The notes beneath the pieces were generated by a model, which had not been told where the DNA came from, did not search any database, and was given only the letters and a program-made list of their open reading frames with translations. A stretch of 64,000 nt of DNA, taken from NCBI GenBank assembly GCA_002862205.1, contig PKCN01000399.1, forward strand, positions 2,738 through 66,737, in the 5' to 3' direction. Origin of the DNA: Planctomycetaceae bacterium (GTDB lineage: Bacteria; Planctomycetota; Planctomycetia; Pirellulales; Pirellulaceae). Of this stretch, positions 18,593-27,689 are shown piece by piece. Position numbers and translations under genes: made by a program. Every line of letters begins with the position of its first letter. Position 1 is the stretch's first letter.

Positions 18593-19496
18593 AAGGTCTA
18601 GTTAGCAGAGGAATTCGCAGCGAGCGATTGTGAGGAGCCGCATTCTAGCTACTCAACGCTGGACCAACAGGACGAGTAAGCGTAGGAGCCCAAATTTGCA
18701 GATCATGAATCAAAAAGCATTCCTGATCCCGCGTTCATGCCGCACGCAGCACAACGCGTTGCTCTGAGTTTTCTTGAAAATCAACCGTTTGAGCGAAAGA
18801 CATCGCTACACGGTAGAAAAACGGACCATCGTGGTTCATCCTGACTTGGCAAGATCTGACTCACAAATCCAGCATTTCAGAGCCACAACAAGACTCTCAT
18901 GGCAGTTAAAACCGCGAATCCCGCCGCATTTCTGCCAACCACGCCAAACGCAAAGCCACGCAACAGCACGCTCGCTCGAAACCACTTCTCAGAGCGTCAC
19001 CCACCCGCCAGTGCAGCAAAGGTACTTCGATGCCGCACCAAGATAGCCGCAACTAAAAAAATCACACTCACACCACCCACGTGGCGGGAGTCCGAACGGC
19101 AGCCAAATCCCCGTTACTTCTGTCATTTTCATCACGAAAGCTTGCTAACGTCGGCGACCTACTTGGCCATTCTCAATAACGCCTCACCCGCTGATCTGTG
19201 CCGCAATCAGTAGCCACCCCCACCATCAATGGAAGATCGAATACCGCTGCAAAGTGGTGGGTTCGAACTAAACTGAACGGTCTTGCCACTGCCAGCCGAG
19301 GCCAACAGCGTGTATTGCCGTAGAAAGTTCTCGGAGTGCAGCATTTGCAAATGGGTCGCTTTGGTAACAAAACGCCCAAATTTCTGCTGAATTTCGCACC
19401 TGAGCGTGGTCTCAATACGGGTGGAATCTTGCCAATCCTGCCTCTCACGGGTAGTCTGTTTATGCCTCTACTTACCCGCCAGGACCCGTTCTGTTG

Positions 19497-20555
19497 ATGA
19501 ATGAAACTGCCCCCTCCGCCCCGCAGGAACTGAGTTCCGACGACGTTCAGAGCATCCAACGTCTGCAAGAGTGTCACGCCCGGTTAAAAACCGAATTAGG
19601 CCGCGTCATTGTTGGCCAAACCGAGGTCATCGATCAACTTGCAACCGTACTGTTTTCAAGGGGGCATGCTCTCTTGATGGGTGTGCCTGGCTTGGCCAAG
19701 ACACTCTTGATCAGCAAACTGGCTGAAACGATGTCACTGGACTTCAATCGAATTCAGTTCACACCTGATCTGATGCCGATGGACATCACCGGAACAGACA
19801 TTCTTCAGGATACCGCAGAGGGTCGGCGGGAATTCCAGTTCATTCCGGGGCCGGTGTTCGCCAACATTGTCTTAGCTGACGAGATCAACCGTGCTCCGCC
19901 CAAAACCCAAGCGGCAATGCTGGAGGCGATGCAGGAACGACGTGTCACCGTGCTCGGGAAGCCCTACCAACTGGAAGAACCATTTTTTGTTTTGGCGACA
20001 CAAAATCCGGTGGAACAGGAGGGAACTTACCCACTGCCCGAAGCACAACTCGACCGCTTCATGTTTTTGATCGAGCTGACCTATCCAAGCGAGACTGAAG
20101 AGATTGAGATTGCTCGGACCACCACTGGTAGTGCGCTGCCAACATTGGATGCGTTGATGCAGGCCGAGGAAATCACAGCCTTTCAGGAACTGACACGGCG
20201 AATCCCTGTACCGGAGCACATTTATCAATACGCAGTTCGGCTGGTTCGTCAAACCCGTCCTCAAGAAGGCACTGCGCCGCAATGGTTAAAACCTCTTGTT
20301 TCGTGGGGCGCTGGTCCACGAGCAGTCCAATATCTGATCCTCGGTGGCAAAACGCGTGCTGCCTTGCATGGCCAGTACATGGTCCGCTTGGAAGACATTC
20401 AGGCGGTCGCGGAACCTGTCCTGACTCACCGCATGATCACCACATTTGCCGCCCAAAGCGAGGGCATTGACGCCAGACAAATTGTCAAACGCCTGGTTCA
20501 GGAAACCACGCCAAGTGGACTGGCGTCAACAGGAACGGAATCAGCGCGAGGCTAA
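19497..20555 (+). CDS. MoxR-family AAA+ ATPase
   Basis: ORF 19494..20555 (TTG at 19494, ATG at 19497). The N-terminal region reads VIVGQTEVIDQLATVLFSRGHALLMGVPGLAKT (Walker A). Walker B is VLADEINRAPPKTQAAMLEAMQE, followed by VLATQNP. Confidence 0.93.
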   Translation: MNETAPSAPQELSSDDVQSIQRLQECHARLKTELGRVIVGQTEVIDQLATVLFSRGHALLMGVPGLAKTLLISKLAETMSLDFNRIQFTPDLMPMDITGTDILQDTAEGRREFQFIPGPVFANIVLADEINRAPPKTQAAMLEAMQERRVTVLGKPYQLEEPFFVLATQNPVEQEGTYPLPEAQLDRFMFLIELTYPSETEEIEIARTTTGSALPTLDALMQAEEITAFQELTRRIPVPEHIYQYAVRLVRQTRPQEGTAPQWLKPLVSWGAGPRAVQYLILGGKTRAALHGQYMVRLEDIQAVAEPVLTHRMITTFAAQSEGIDARQIVKRLVQETTPSGLASTGTESARG

Positions 20556-22654
20556 TGGTGGACGCTGATGTCGAACATCAAAATCGTTGCCGAACCCTTC
20601 GTTGCCAAACCCTTCGTTGCCGAACCCTTCGTTGCCGAACCCTTCGTTGCATCAGCGCGGTGCAAACCATTACCGTTGGCTTCAACTTGAACTTCCTTCA
20701 CCCTCGGATTGTCGTTGCCTTTTTGTTGACGTGGGGAATTCACGCCTCTCTTCCTGCTCAACCTCCATCAACGCAACCATTAGCAAGCCTGCCCACCGCT
20801 GACCGTCTGCCTGCTGTTGCCTTCAAAACCTATGATAAGGATCAGGACGGCACACTATCGCCGGCTGAATTCCGCGAGTCACAACTCAAGTCAAAACCGG
20901 GATCAGCAACATTCTCAGACTTGGATCGATCAGGCGATGGCGTACTGAGTCCAGCGGAGTATTCTGCAGCAAGCAACCAGGGCGACTCGAATCCCGATCA
21001 AGAGTCACCACTGGACGATCCGTTTCTGCGAATTTTGCAACGAGCCATCGAAGCGATGGATGAATCTTATGACGGCTGGCAATATCGCCCCGAAGAAACG
21101 GTGGACAGCACGATCTTTACGATCAACTACAACGCATCAATTTCGACGGATGGTCAGCGTCGTTTGGACCGTGGTTTGATTCTGCACGCTGACAGTGATG
21201 GGAATCGAAAAATCACTCGAAGGGAAGCTGTCCGATTTCTCGAAACGCAGCTTGGGATTCGTTGGGTGACAGGTGATCTATTGCGTACCGAAGATGGTGG
21301 GGTAGTCGACTTTGCCAACTTTCTTCGATCTGACGTCAACAAGGATGGCGTACTGACGAAAAGCGAATTTGTTGACACATGGTGGAATAGCGAGACAGAT
21401 GAGCAGGACTTTGCATCATTTGACGTGGATCATAATGGCGCGGTCGATCTTGCCGAATTTGCAAACCAAGCTGGCCCGTACCTGCGAAAGCCAGTGAATC
21501 TGTTTGAGCAAGCCGACACGAATGCTGACCAATTGCTTAGCCAAACGGAGCTTCTTGAAGCGGTTCACCGCCCCCGCAAGCATCTGGTCGCTTCCAACAT
21601 CAGAGCCTTCGACGATGATGGCGATCAGCAATTATCGCTCGCGGAATATCGGGTTTCGATGCTTGCCAACTTCAACTATCCGTGGGAGATGCGTCCCAAG
21701 GACATCGATCGTGATGGATTGCTTTCGTACAAGGAGTTCAAATTCCACGCCAGAGATCTCTTCCAGTTGCAGCGGCGTTACTATTTCCATCGGCTGGACC
21801 GCGACGGCAACAAGACGCTGGACTCGTCCGAATTCGATTTTGAGCCCTATAAACTTCATTCGCTGTATCGCGTTTCCGTCAATGGCGAACACTCTGAAGA
21901 AATTTACCGAAACGAGCATTTCCCCATCGTCAGTTCACCCTCCATTTCCCCGGACGGTAATTGGGTCCTGTTTGATGCTTCACCACCAGAGCGTAGCAAT
22001 CTCACTCAAATCATGCTGATGAAACCCAACGGTGATGATGTCCGCGATGTCTGCAAAGGACAGATGCCATCGTGGTCAGGAACCGGAGGTCGATTTGTCT
22101 GCTGCAGGTATGAGCAGGGGGCAAGTATCTGGATCATGAATACCAACGGAACCGTTCATAAACGCATTGATGATGGCTGGGCGGCCCAATGGTCACCCGA
22201 TGGTAAAACGATCGCATATACGAACGACAACAGCATTCGACTTTACGATGTCCTGTCAGGCGAAATCCGTACGGTACTGGCAAAGGGAGAACATCCTTAC
22301 CAGTACATTTACTGGAATATGTGCTGGTCACCTGACAGCCGGCAATTGGCATTCAAGGGAAAAACGGAAACACATCAGGAGATTGGCATCCTATCGATAA
22401 CTGGCCCCTCCAAAGTACGAAAGCGATTCTCCACGAATGAATCAATGGGCGAAGACCTCGCTTGGTCACCTGATGGCAAACGCCTGTTATTCAACATGTA
22501 TTCTCCATCCCACAGTCGCGAACTGATCTTTCAACTGGAAGTTGCTGCCAATACCCGCCCCCGACTGGTCCCCGAAATCAATACTTCAATGCCTTGGACG
22601 AGCGTCTGTTTTTCGCCTGATGGCAAATGGATGATTCTGGCGTCGCCCAACTGA
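20555..22654 (+). CDS. Secreted multi-EF-hand (9 loops) protein with C-terminal PD40/TolB-like beta-propeller
   Basis: 699-aa ORF whose ATG overlaps the MoxR stop (TAATG). Alternative in-frame starts are GTG 20660 and TTG 20687, just before the hydrophobic signal segment IVVAFLLTWGIHASLPA. Nine 12-residue DxDxDG-type loops are present (DKDQDGTLSPAE, DRSGDGVLSPAE, DSDGNRKITRRE, DVNKDGVLTKSE, DVDHNGAVDLAE, DTNADQLLSQTE, DDDGDQQLSLAE, DIDRDGLLSYKE, DRDGNKTLDSSE). Five SPDG-type PD40 blades follow. Confidence 0.8.
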   Translation: MVDADVEHQNRCRTLRCQTLRCRTLRCRTLRCISAVQTITVGFNLNFLHPRIVVAFLLTWGIHASLPAQPPSTQPLASLPTADRLPAVAFKTYDKDQDGTLSPAEFRESQLKSKPGSATFSDLDRSGDGVLSPAEYSAASNQGDSNPDQESPLDDPFLRILQRAIEAMDESYDGWQYRPEETVDSTIFTINYNASISTDGQRRLDRGLILHADSDGNRKITRREAVRFLETQLGIRWVTGDLLRTEDGGVVDFANFLRSDVNKDGVLTKSEFVDTWWNSETDEQDFASFDVDHNGAVDLAEFANQAGPYLRKPVNLFEQADTNADQLLSQTELLEAVHRPRKHLVASNIRAFDDDGDQQLSLAEYRVSMLANFNYPWEMRPKDIDRDGLLSYKEFKFHARDLFQLQRRYYFHRLDRDGNKTLDSSEFDFEPYKLHSLYRVSVNGEHSEEIYRNEHFPIVSSPSISPDGNWVLFDASPPERSNLTQIMLMKPNGDDVRDVCKGQMPSWSGTGGRFVCCRYEQGASIWIMNTNGTVHKRIDDGWAAQWSPDGKTIAYTNDNSIRLYDVLSGEIRTVLAKGEHPYQYIYWNMCWSPDSRQLAFKGKTETHQEIGILSITGPSKVRKRFSTNESMGEDLAWSPDGKRLLFNMYSPSHSRELIFQLEVAANTRPRLVPEINTSMPWTSVCFSPDGKWMILASPN
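20584..20650. repeat. 15-nt tandem repeat x4.5 (TCGTTGCCGAACCCT; copy 2 has one G->A)
   Basis: Read directly. It starts 28 nt after the MoxR stop. It is in frame with the ATG at 20555, where it would encode (RCRTL)4. Confidence 0.95.
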
Positions 22655-22999
22655 CGAAACCTGACTTGAACGCAGACCTGTTTCCATCAGAAGCGGTTCC
22701 CGGCAAGCGATCGACCCCACACAACGCACGACGAGGTTGCGAGTTGTCACAACATTTCTTAGCATCCGTGTAATTGCCACGACCCTCAGAATGAACAGCA
22801 CCCATTCAGCCATTCCCACCTGCCTCTGGCGATGAGCTGATCCAGAGGTATCCAGGCACGGAGCAGGGCTTGAGTGCTCGCCAGCACCTTCCTTATCACT
22901 ACGTTCATTCGCCGCTTCAGGAAAATAGTTCCCAACTAGGCTTACCAGCATAATTCTCCCACGACGCATGAAGCGGTTGGGCAAGAATGGAGATGCGAT

Positions 23000-24877
23000 G
23001 TGTTCTATCCATCCCACACACTGATGCCAGGTTTCATGCAACCTGAGAAGTCACCTCCAGCTCCCGACAACTTTCTCGCAGTGGCTTGCGACCAGTCACT
23101 GCTCAACGACGAAGATGCGCAAACGTTGCACCACTTCGCAAAGTCACACTCACTGGGATCTTCTGAAGCCGCCCTCCAGACTGGCATGCTCAAGCCGATT
23201 GAGGTTGAGATCGTTGAGGCCTTCACGTCGCCCACCGATCTTGCTCCCGGATACGAATTGAAAGATGTGTTGGGACATGGTGCTTTGGGCATTGTATTCC
23301 GCGCCCACCAATCCCGTCTGCAGCGCGATGTCGCCATCAAATCGATCATCGAATCACGCATCGCACTACAGAATGTAATTGCAAGGTTCGAACAGGAAGG
23401 AACGGCAATCGGGCGACTGAAACACCCCAATATCGTTCGCGCCTATGATTCCGGATGCCACAATGATCGACTCTATCTGGTCATGGAACTGGTGGAAGGA
23501 AATGACTTGCGCAAGAAGCTTGCATCCGGACCCCTCGACTCAAAAACCAGCCTGTGGATTCTCCGTCAAACCGCACTCGGTCTGGCACATGCCAAATCGC
23601 ATGACATCATTCATCGGGACATTAAACCTGGGAATCTTCTGCTGACCAATGCACCTGCAGGCTTTGACCTACCCCCGGGAATCCCGCTGGTCAAAATTGC
23701 AGACTTTGGCCTCGCACAGCTCAATGCGACTGAAGATAGCGAGCTGGATCAAACACAATTGACCCTTGCCGGCACGACAATTGGGACCCCCATGTACAGT
23801 GCCCCGGAACAGCTCTCCGGAGAACCGATTGACCACCGAGTTGACATCTATGCGTTGGGGGCCACGCTTTTTCACATGCTATCCGGGGCGACTCCTTTCG
23901 CGGTGGGCAAACTCACCAAGATATTTTCGGCCAAGGCAAATGGCACACCACCCCGCATGGAGTTACTACCCAAAAACCTGGACCCGGCGATTCTTGATTT
24001 GATGCTCGACCTGATGCAACCTGATCCAGCCAAGCGAGTGGCGGACTATCAGGACTTGGTAGCAAGAATTGACACCATCCTTCACCCGGGGTCAGCAGCT
24101 CCCCATGGCCCCGGTGCGACCCGTCTTCGCAGTGATGGGCAAGGCGTAAGGCAACCTTTCGCTTTGCGAGATTGGTCCAGCAAACATTTGAATAGTTTAC
24201 GTCTGGTGAGCATGATCATCCTTGCGGCTGTACTTTGCGTCGTTGTGATCAGTCAGCCGAGACTCCTGCGCATCGCTGCTGCTCCGAGCCTGGTGCCAGA
24301 TGGCTGGGAAGAAGCTTTGTTTGATGGCAGAACACTCAATGGATTCCAGTCCCCCGACGGGCTTTGGCTGGCCACCAACGATAAAGAAGGTGGATCAGTA
24401 TTGATGGGTGAAGGCTCCATCCTACGCCCACTCCCAATTCCACCGATCCCCGATGCTGATGGTAGTTTTGGATTTGGGTGCCGTGTGGGAATGGATCTCA
24501 CCACCGCAGAGCAATGCGAAGTGCATTTTGGATTCACGAATTCATCATTGAGTGATTGTGAGCGTTATATCGTGCGTTACAATCGGGATTCGGTCTCGTT
24601 TGGAACTGGCAGTGGGCCCAATGGAGAGTATTCGAGATTATCGCGAGAGATCGCCGTAATGGAAGGCGACCCCGAGACGCCGACTTATGCGCAAATCAAG
24701 ATTGAGCTCCACAACGCCCAGTGGTTCGTGTTTTTCAATGGTGAATTGCTGGGCGACGCCGCTGTTACCCAAGGGGGCAACAACACGATCCTTGAATTCT
24801 TGACACGGCGTGGAAAAGCGAATTTTGAGTCGCCTAGCATCTATCGCCTTGCCCAGAATCGAGTCCAGCCAGAATAG
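23000..24877 (+). CDS. Membrane Ser/Thr protein kinase with extracytoplasmic DUF1080 (3-keto-disaccharide hydrolase-like / LamG-like) domain
   Basis: 625-aa ORF (GTG at 23000; ATGs at 23024 and 23036). Hanks motifs are GHGALGIVF, VAIK, HRDIKPGNLL, DFGLA and SAPE. A TM helix (LVSMIILAAVLCVVVI) is followed by GWEEALFDGRTLNGFQ..., typical of DUF1080. Confidence 0.85.
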   Translation: MFYPSHTLMPGFMQPEKSPPAPDNFLAVACDQSLLNDEDAQTLHHFAKSHSLGSSEAALQTGMLKPIEVEIVEAFTSPTDLAPGYELKDVLGHGALGIVFRAHQSRLQRDVAIKSIIESRIALQNVIARFEQEGTAIGRLKHPNIVRAYDSGCHNDRLYLVMELVEGNDLRKKLASGPLDSKTSLWILRQTALGLAHAKSHDIIHRDIKPGNLLLTNAPAGFDLPPGIPLVKIADFGLAQLNATEDSELDQTQLTLAGTTIGTPMYSAPEQLSGEPIDHRVDIYALGATLFHMLSGATPFAVGKLTKIFSAKANGTPPRMELLPKNLDPAILDLMLDLMQPDPAKRVADYQDLVARIDTILHPGSAAPHGPGATRLRSDGQGVRQPFALRDWSSKHLNSLRLVSMIILAAVLCVVVISQPRLLRIAAAPSLVPDGWEEALFDGRTLNGFQSPDGLWLATNDKEGGSVLMGEGSILRPLPIPPIPDADGSFGFGCRVGMDLTTAEQCEVHFGFTNSSLSDCERYIVRYNRDSVSFGTGSGPNGEYSRLSREIAVMEGDPETPTYAQIKIELHNAQWFVFFNGELLGDAAVTQGGNNTILEFLTRRGKANFESPSIYRLAQNRVQPE

Positions 24878-24910
24878 CACATCACCGGGCGCATTCGCTT
24901 CGCGCGTCCT

Positions 24911-24938
24911 GTCATCCCAGCACGGTCATCCTAGCACG
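24911..24938. repeat. 14-nt tandem duplication (GTCATCCCAGCACG / GTCATCCTAGCACG)
   Basis: Read directly. It lies between the kinase stop (24877) and the next ATG (24940), ending 1 nt before that ATG. Confidence 0.9.
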
Positions 24939-24939
24939 A

Positions 24940-27051
24940 ATGTCCAGTCCCAAAACATCTAAAAAATCGCGTCTCACTTGGAAGAAGAAAGCTGTGTTTG
25001 CCTGTGGCAGCACGTTGTTTTTCTTTCTATCGTTGGAATTCATGCTGTTCGCGTGCGGTGTATCGACGATCACCAGCGAAAGCGACCCCAGCGCAGGATT
25101 TTCAAAACAGATCCCGCTTTTGGCTTCATCCACCAATGCAAATGGCGAAGTCATTCTGACCACGGCCGTGAACAAGGAAAGCTGGTTCAATGTCCAGTCT
25201 TTTTTGAAGGAAAAACCCCGCGGAACCAAACGCGTGTTCTGCGTGGGTGGCTCTACCACCTTTGGCCGGCCGTTCGCCGATCCAGCATCCTACACCCGCT
25301 GGGTGCGGGATCTGTTACCTGAGACGCAACCCGATGTGAATTGGGAAGTGATCAATGCGGGCGGCGTCAGTTACGCCAGTTACCGTGTTGCAGCGGTGAT
25401 GCGTGAACTGGCTCAATATGACCCGGACCTGTTCATTGTCTACTCAGCACAAAATGAATTCCTTGAGCGTCGCACCTACGCCCGCATGTTTGAAAACCAA
25501 TCATGGATGAATGATTTCAGCGCAGCTCTACAAGGAACGCGAACAGGATCTGTTGTGTTACGTCTTGCCCAGGCGGTGAACTCCGAGCCCGCTGGCAAAA
25601 CGAAATCGGATTCAAAAACGCTACCCAAGGATTCGGCTCCTTATCCGGAGGAGGTCGACGAAATGTTGAATCATTCTGTTGGCCCGCTCCAGTACGAACG
25701 GAACGAAGAGTGGCGGCAGGAAGTCATTTTTGAATATGGATTCAATCTTGAAGACATGATTTCCATCGCCCGTGATGCCGGAGCAGAAATCGTATTCGTC
25801 TCGCCCGTCTCAAACTTACGGGGAACGAGCCCGTTCAAATCACTTTTTGATGACGGCACCGATGCGGACGCGTTATCCGCCAAGCTGCAGATCGCCAGAG
25901 ACCAACTGCGTGAAAACCAACTGGATAATGCAATCGAGACTGTCCAAGGCGTGGTCGACCTGTCACCGAAATCAGCGGACGCACAATTTCTGTTGGGTCA
26001 GATTCGGTTTGCCCGTGAAGAATGGTCCGAGGCTGAACAAGCGTTCCAACGCGCATTGGATGAAGACGTTTGTCCGTTGCGAGCCATCAAAACGCTACGC
26101 GATGTGTTACGCTCAGTTACAACTCAAGCCGACGTCCCGCTCGTGGAAGCTGAACAATTGCTGCGACAAACGAGCCTCAAGCAGAAAGGGCATGCCTGCC
26201 TGGGCGATGACTACTTTCTGGACCACGTGCACCCCAACCTTGACGTTCATCGTTATTTGGGAAAATGGATCGTTGATGAATTGATCGCAAGTTCAGTCAT
26301 CAGTGGTGACTCACCCTCGATCGCAACGATGGATATGATCCAGGAGCGAGTCAATGCGTCGATCGATTATCTGGAAACATCGATCGCCTTCCGAAACCTC
26401 GCCAAAGTCAACCATTGGGCCGGGAAATTCGAAGAGGCCATCGTCTCTGCCCGCCGTTCACTTGTCATTTCACCTGATGACCTTGAAAGCCGGTTCTTGC
26501 TTGCCGACAGTCTGAACAATCTGGAACGATACGCTGAAGCCCACTCCGAGTACCAGATCCTGTTTGACATCGAAGATTACCCACGTGCCCACCTGCCTTA
26601 TGGGGAACTGCTGTTGAATTCCGGACTGACCAACCAAGCTGAACCCTACCTGATTTCGGCTCTGCTCACCGACAACGAAGAACACATGGCACGCGCCTAT
26701 TATGATCTGGGTCTGCTGTATTCCGCGACGAATCAGTTCGAGGTAGCTGTCTCCTCACTTGAGAACGTCATGGAGGCATACCCAGATGACGAAGCCACCA
26801 TGATTTTACTCGCCTATTGCCTCCGCAAAGATAACCGTCCCACCGACGCGCTCATCTTGCTCATGCAACTGCTGAAACTGGATTCGGGAGATGCCAGAAC
26901 AAACTACGAGGCCGCTGAAGCGCACTTTGATCTCGGGCAATTGCAGCAAGCCAAGCGTTACATCCAGGCGGCAATCAAAGCCGAACCGGACAACCACGAG
27001 TTTGAAGCAACCAAAGAAAAGTTTGAGCAGGAAACCCCGGACAAGTCCTGA
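24940..27051 (+). CDS. SGNH/GDSL-type hydrolase domain protein with extensive TPR repeats
   Basis: 703-aa ORF with an N-terminal TM. The SGNH blocks are VFCVGGSTTFG (block I Ser), VINAGGVSY (II), YSAQNEF (III) and DDYFLDHVHPN (V, DxxH). The C-terminal half is TPR-like. Confidence 0.8.
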   Translation: MSSPKTSKKSRLTWKKKAVFACGSTLFFFLSLEFMLFACGVSTITSESDPSAGFSKQIPLLASSTNANGEVILTTAVNKESWFNVQSFLKEKPRGTKRVFCVGGSTTFGRPFADPASYTRWVRDLLPETQPDVNWEVINAGGVSYASYRVAAVMRELAQYDPDLFIVYSAQNEFLERRTYARMFENQSWMNDFSAALQGTRTGSVVLRLAQAVNSEPAGKTKSDSKTLPKDSAPYPEEVDEMLNHSVGPLQYERNEEWRQEVIFEYGFNLEDMISIARDAGAEIVFVSPVSNLRGTSPFKSLFDDGTDADALSAKLQIARDQLRENQLDNAIETVQGVVDLSPKSADAQFLLGQIRFAREEWSEAEQAFQRALDEDVCPLRAIKTLRDVLRSVTTQADVPLVEAEQLLRQTSLKQKGHACLGDDYFLDHVHPNLDVHRYLGKWIVDELIASSVISGDSPSIATMDMIQERVNASIDYLETSIAFRNLAKVNHWAGKFEEAIVSARRSLVISPDDLESRFLLADSLNNLERYAEAHSEYQILFDIEDYPRAHLPYGELLLNSGLTNQAEPYLISALLTDNEEHMARAYYDLGLLYSATNQFEVAVSSLENVMEAYPDDEATMILLAYCLRKDNRPTDALILLMQLLKLDSGDARTNYEAAEAHFDLGQLQQAKRYIQAAIKAEPDNHEFEATKEKFEQETPDKS

Positions 27052-27122
27052 TTGATTCATTTTGGCACAACACGCCAGCGGCCGCACCCCAAGCCTGGTT
27101 CACGCCCGGAAAATGGCAGGCA

Positions 27123-27164
27123 GGCAATCCCCCGCAGCAACTGGGCAATCCCCCGCAGCAACTG
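27123..27164. repeat. Perfect 21-nt tandem duplication (GGCAATCCCCCGCAGCAACTG x2)
   Basis: Read directly, 71 nt after the stop at 27051. Confidence 0.95.
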
Positions 27165-27415
27165 CAAGAAAGCGAAAAATAACGGCGCGACCCTGACCTG
27201 CCAAAAGAGCAGACGTCGGACATTGGCGGCTTCGCCCGGCACGCCTGCAGGCTCAAAAATCAACTTTTGAACACGAATCGACGGTTTTCATTGCAAAAGT
27301 GCCCATCCGAGTAAGGTTCACCGGTGGTTTGCCTCTTGAGGAATTCCCCGTTTCCGGCTAAATTGCCACCAAATCAAGCAAACCTCGGAACATCTCTGAT
27401 ATCAGGTAAGGAAAA

Positions 27416-27661
27416 ATGGCACATAAGAAGGGGCAGGGTTCGAGCCGTAACGGACGTGACTCCAATGCCCAACGCCGTGGCGTCAAAAAGTTTGGTGGTG
27501 AAGCTGTACGAGCTGGAAACATCATCATTCGTCAAGTTGGCACCAAGTATCACGCTGGCACGGGTGTGGGCCAAGGCAACGATTACACGCTCTATGCACT
27601 GGTCGATGGTAACGTCATGTTCGATCGCAAGGGACGACGTGTGAACATCGTGACCGCCTGA
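27416..27661 (+). CDS. rpmA: 50S ribosomal protein L27
   Basis: 81 aa: [29 protein letters not shown]...[17 protein letters not shown]...[12 protein letters not shown], the canonical L27 sequence. A Shine-Dalgarno AAGGA lies 5 nt upstream. Confidence 0.97.
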   Translation: MAHKKGQGSSRNGRDSNAQRRGVKKFGGEAVRAGNIIIRQVGTKYHAGTGVGQGNDYTLYALVDGNVMFDRKGRRVNIVTA

Positions 27662-27689
27662 TTCCTGGCTCAAACAAAGCAAAGCACAA

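Noticed and set aside
19085-19115. SRP/4.5S-RNA-like string gggagtccgaacggcagcc, compared with GGUCCGGAAGGAAGCAGCC.
   Set aside because: There is only partial identity. The GGAA tetraloop and the symmetric-loop residues are missing, and no surrounding helix 8 pairing exists.
19250-19275. GGTTCGAA (tRNA T-loop-like) string inside the 0.9-kb gap: agtggtgggttcgaactaaa.
   Set aside because: The flanks do not form a T-stem; no complementary CCCAC follows the loop. No acceptor, D or anticodon arms can be drawn, and there is no CCA context. The match is probably chance.
22586-23041. 151-aa minus-strand ORF bridging the EF-hand gene 3' end and the kinase 5' end.
   Set aside because: It overlaps both flanking confident genes, has odd Arg/Cys-rich composition, and has no motif or signal.
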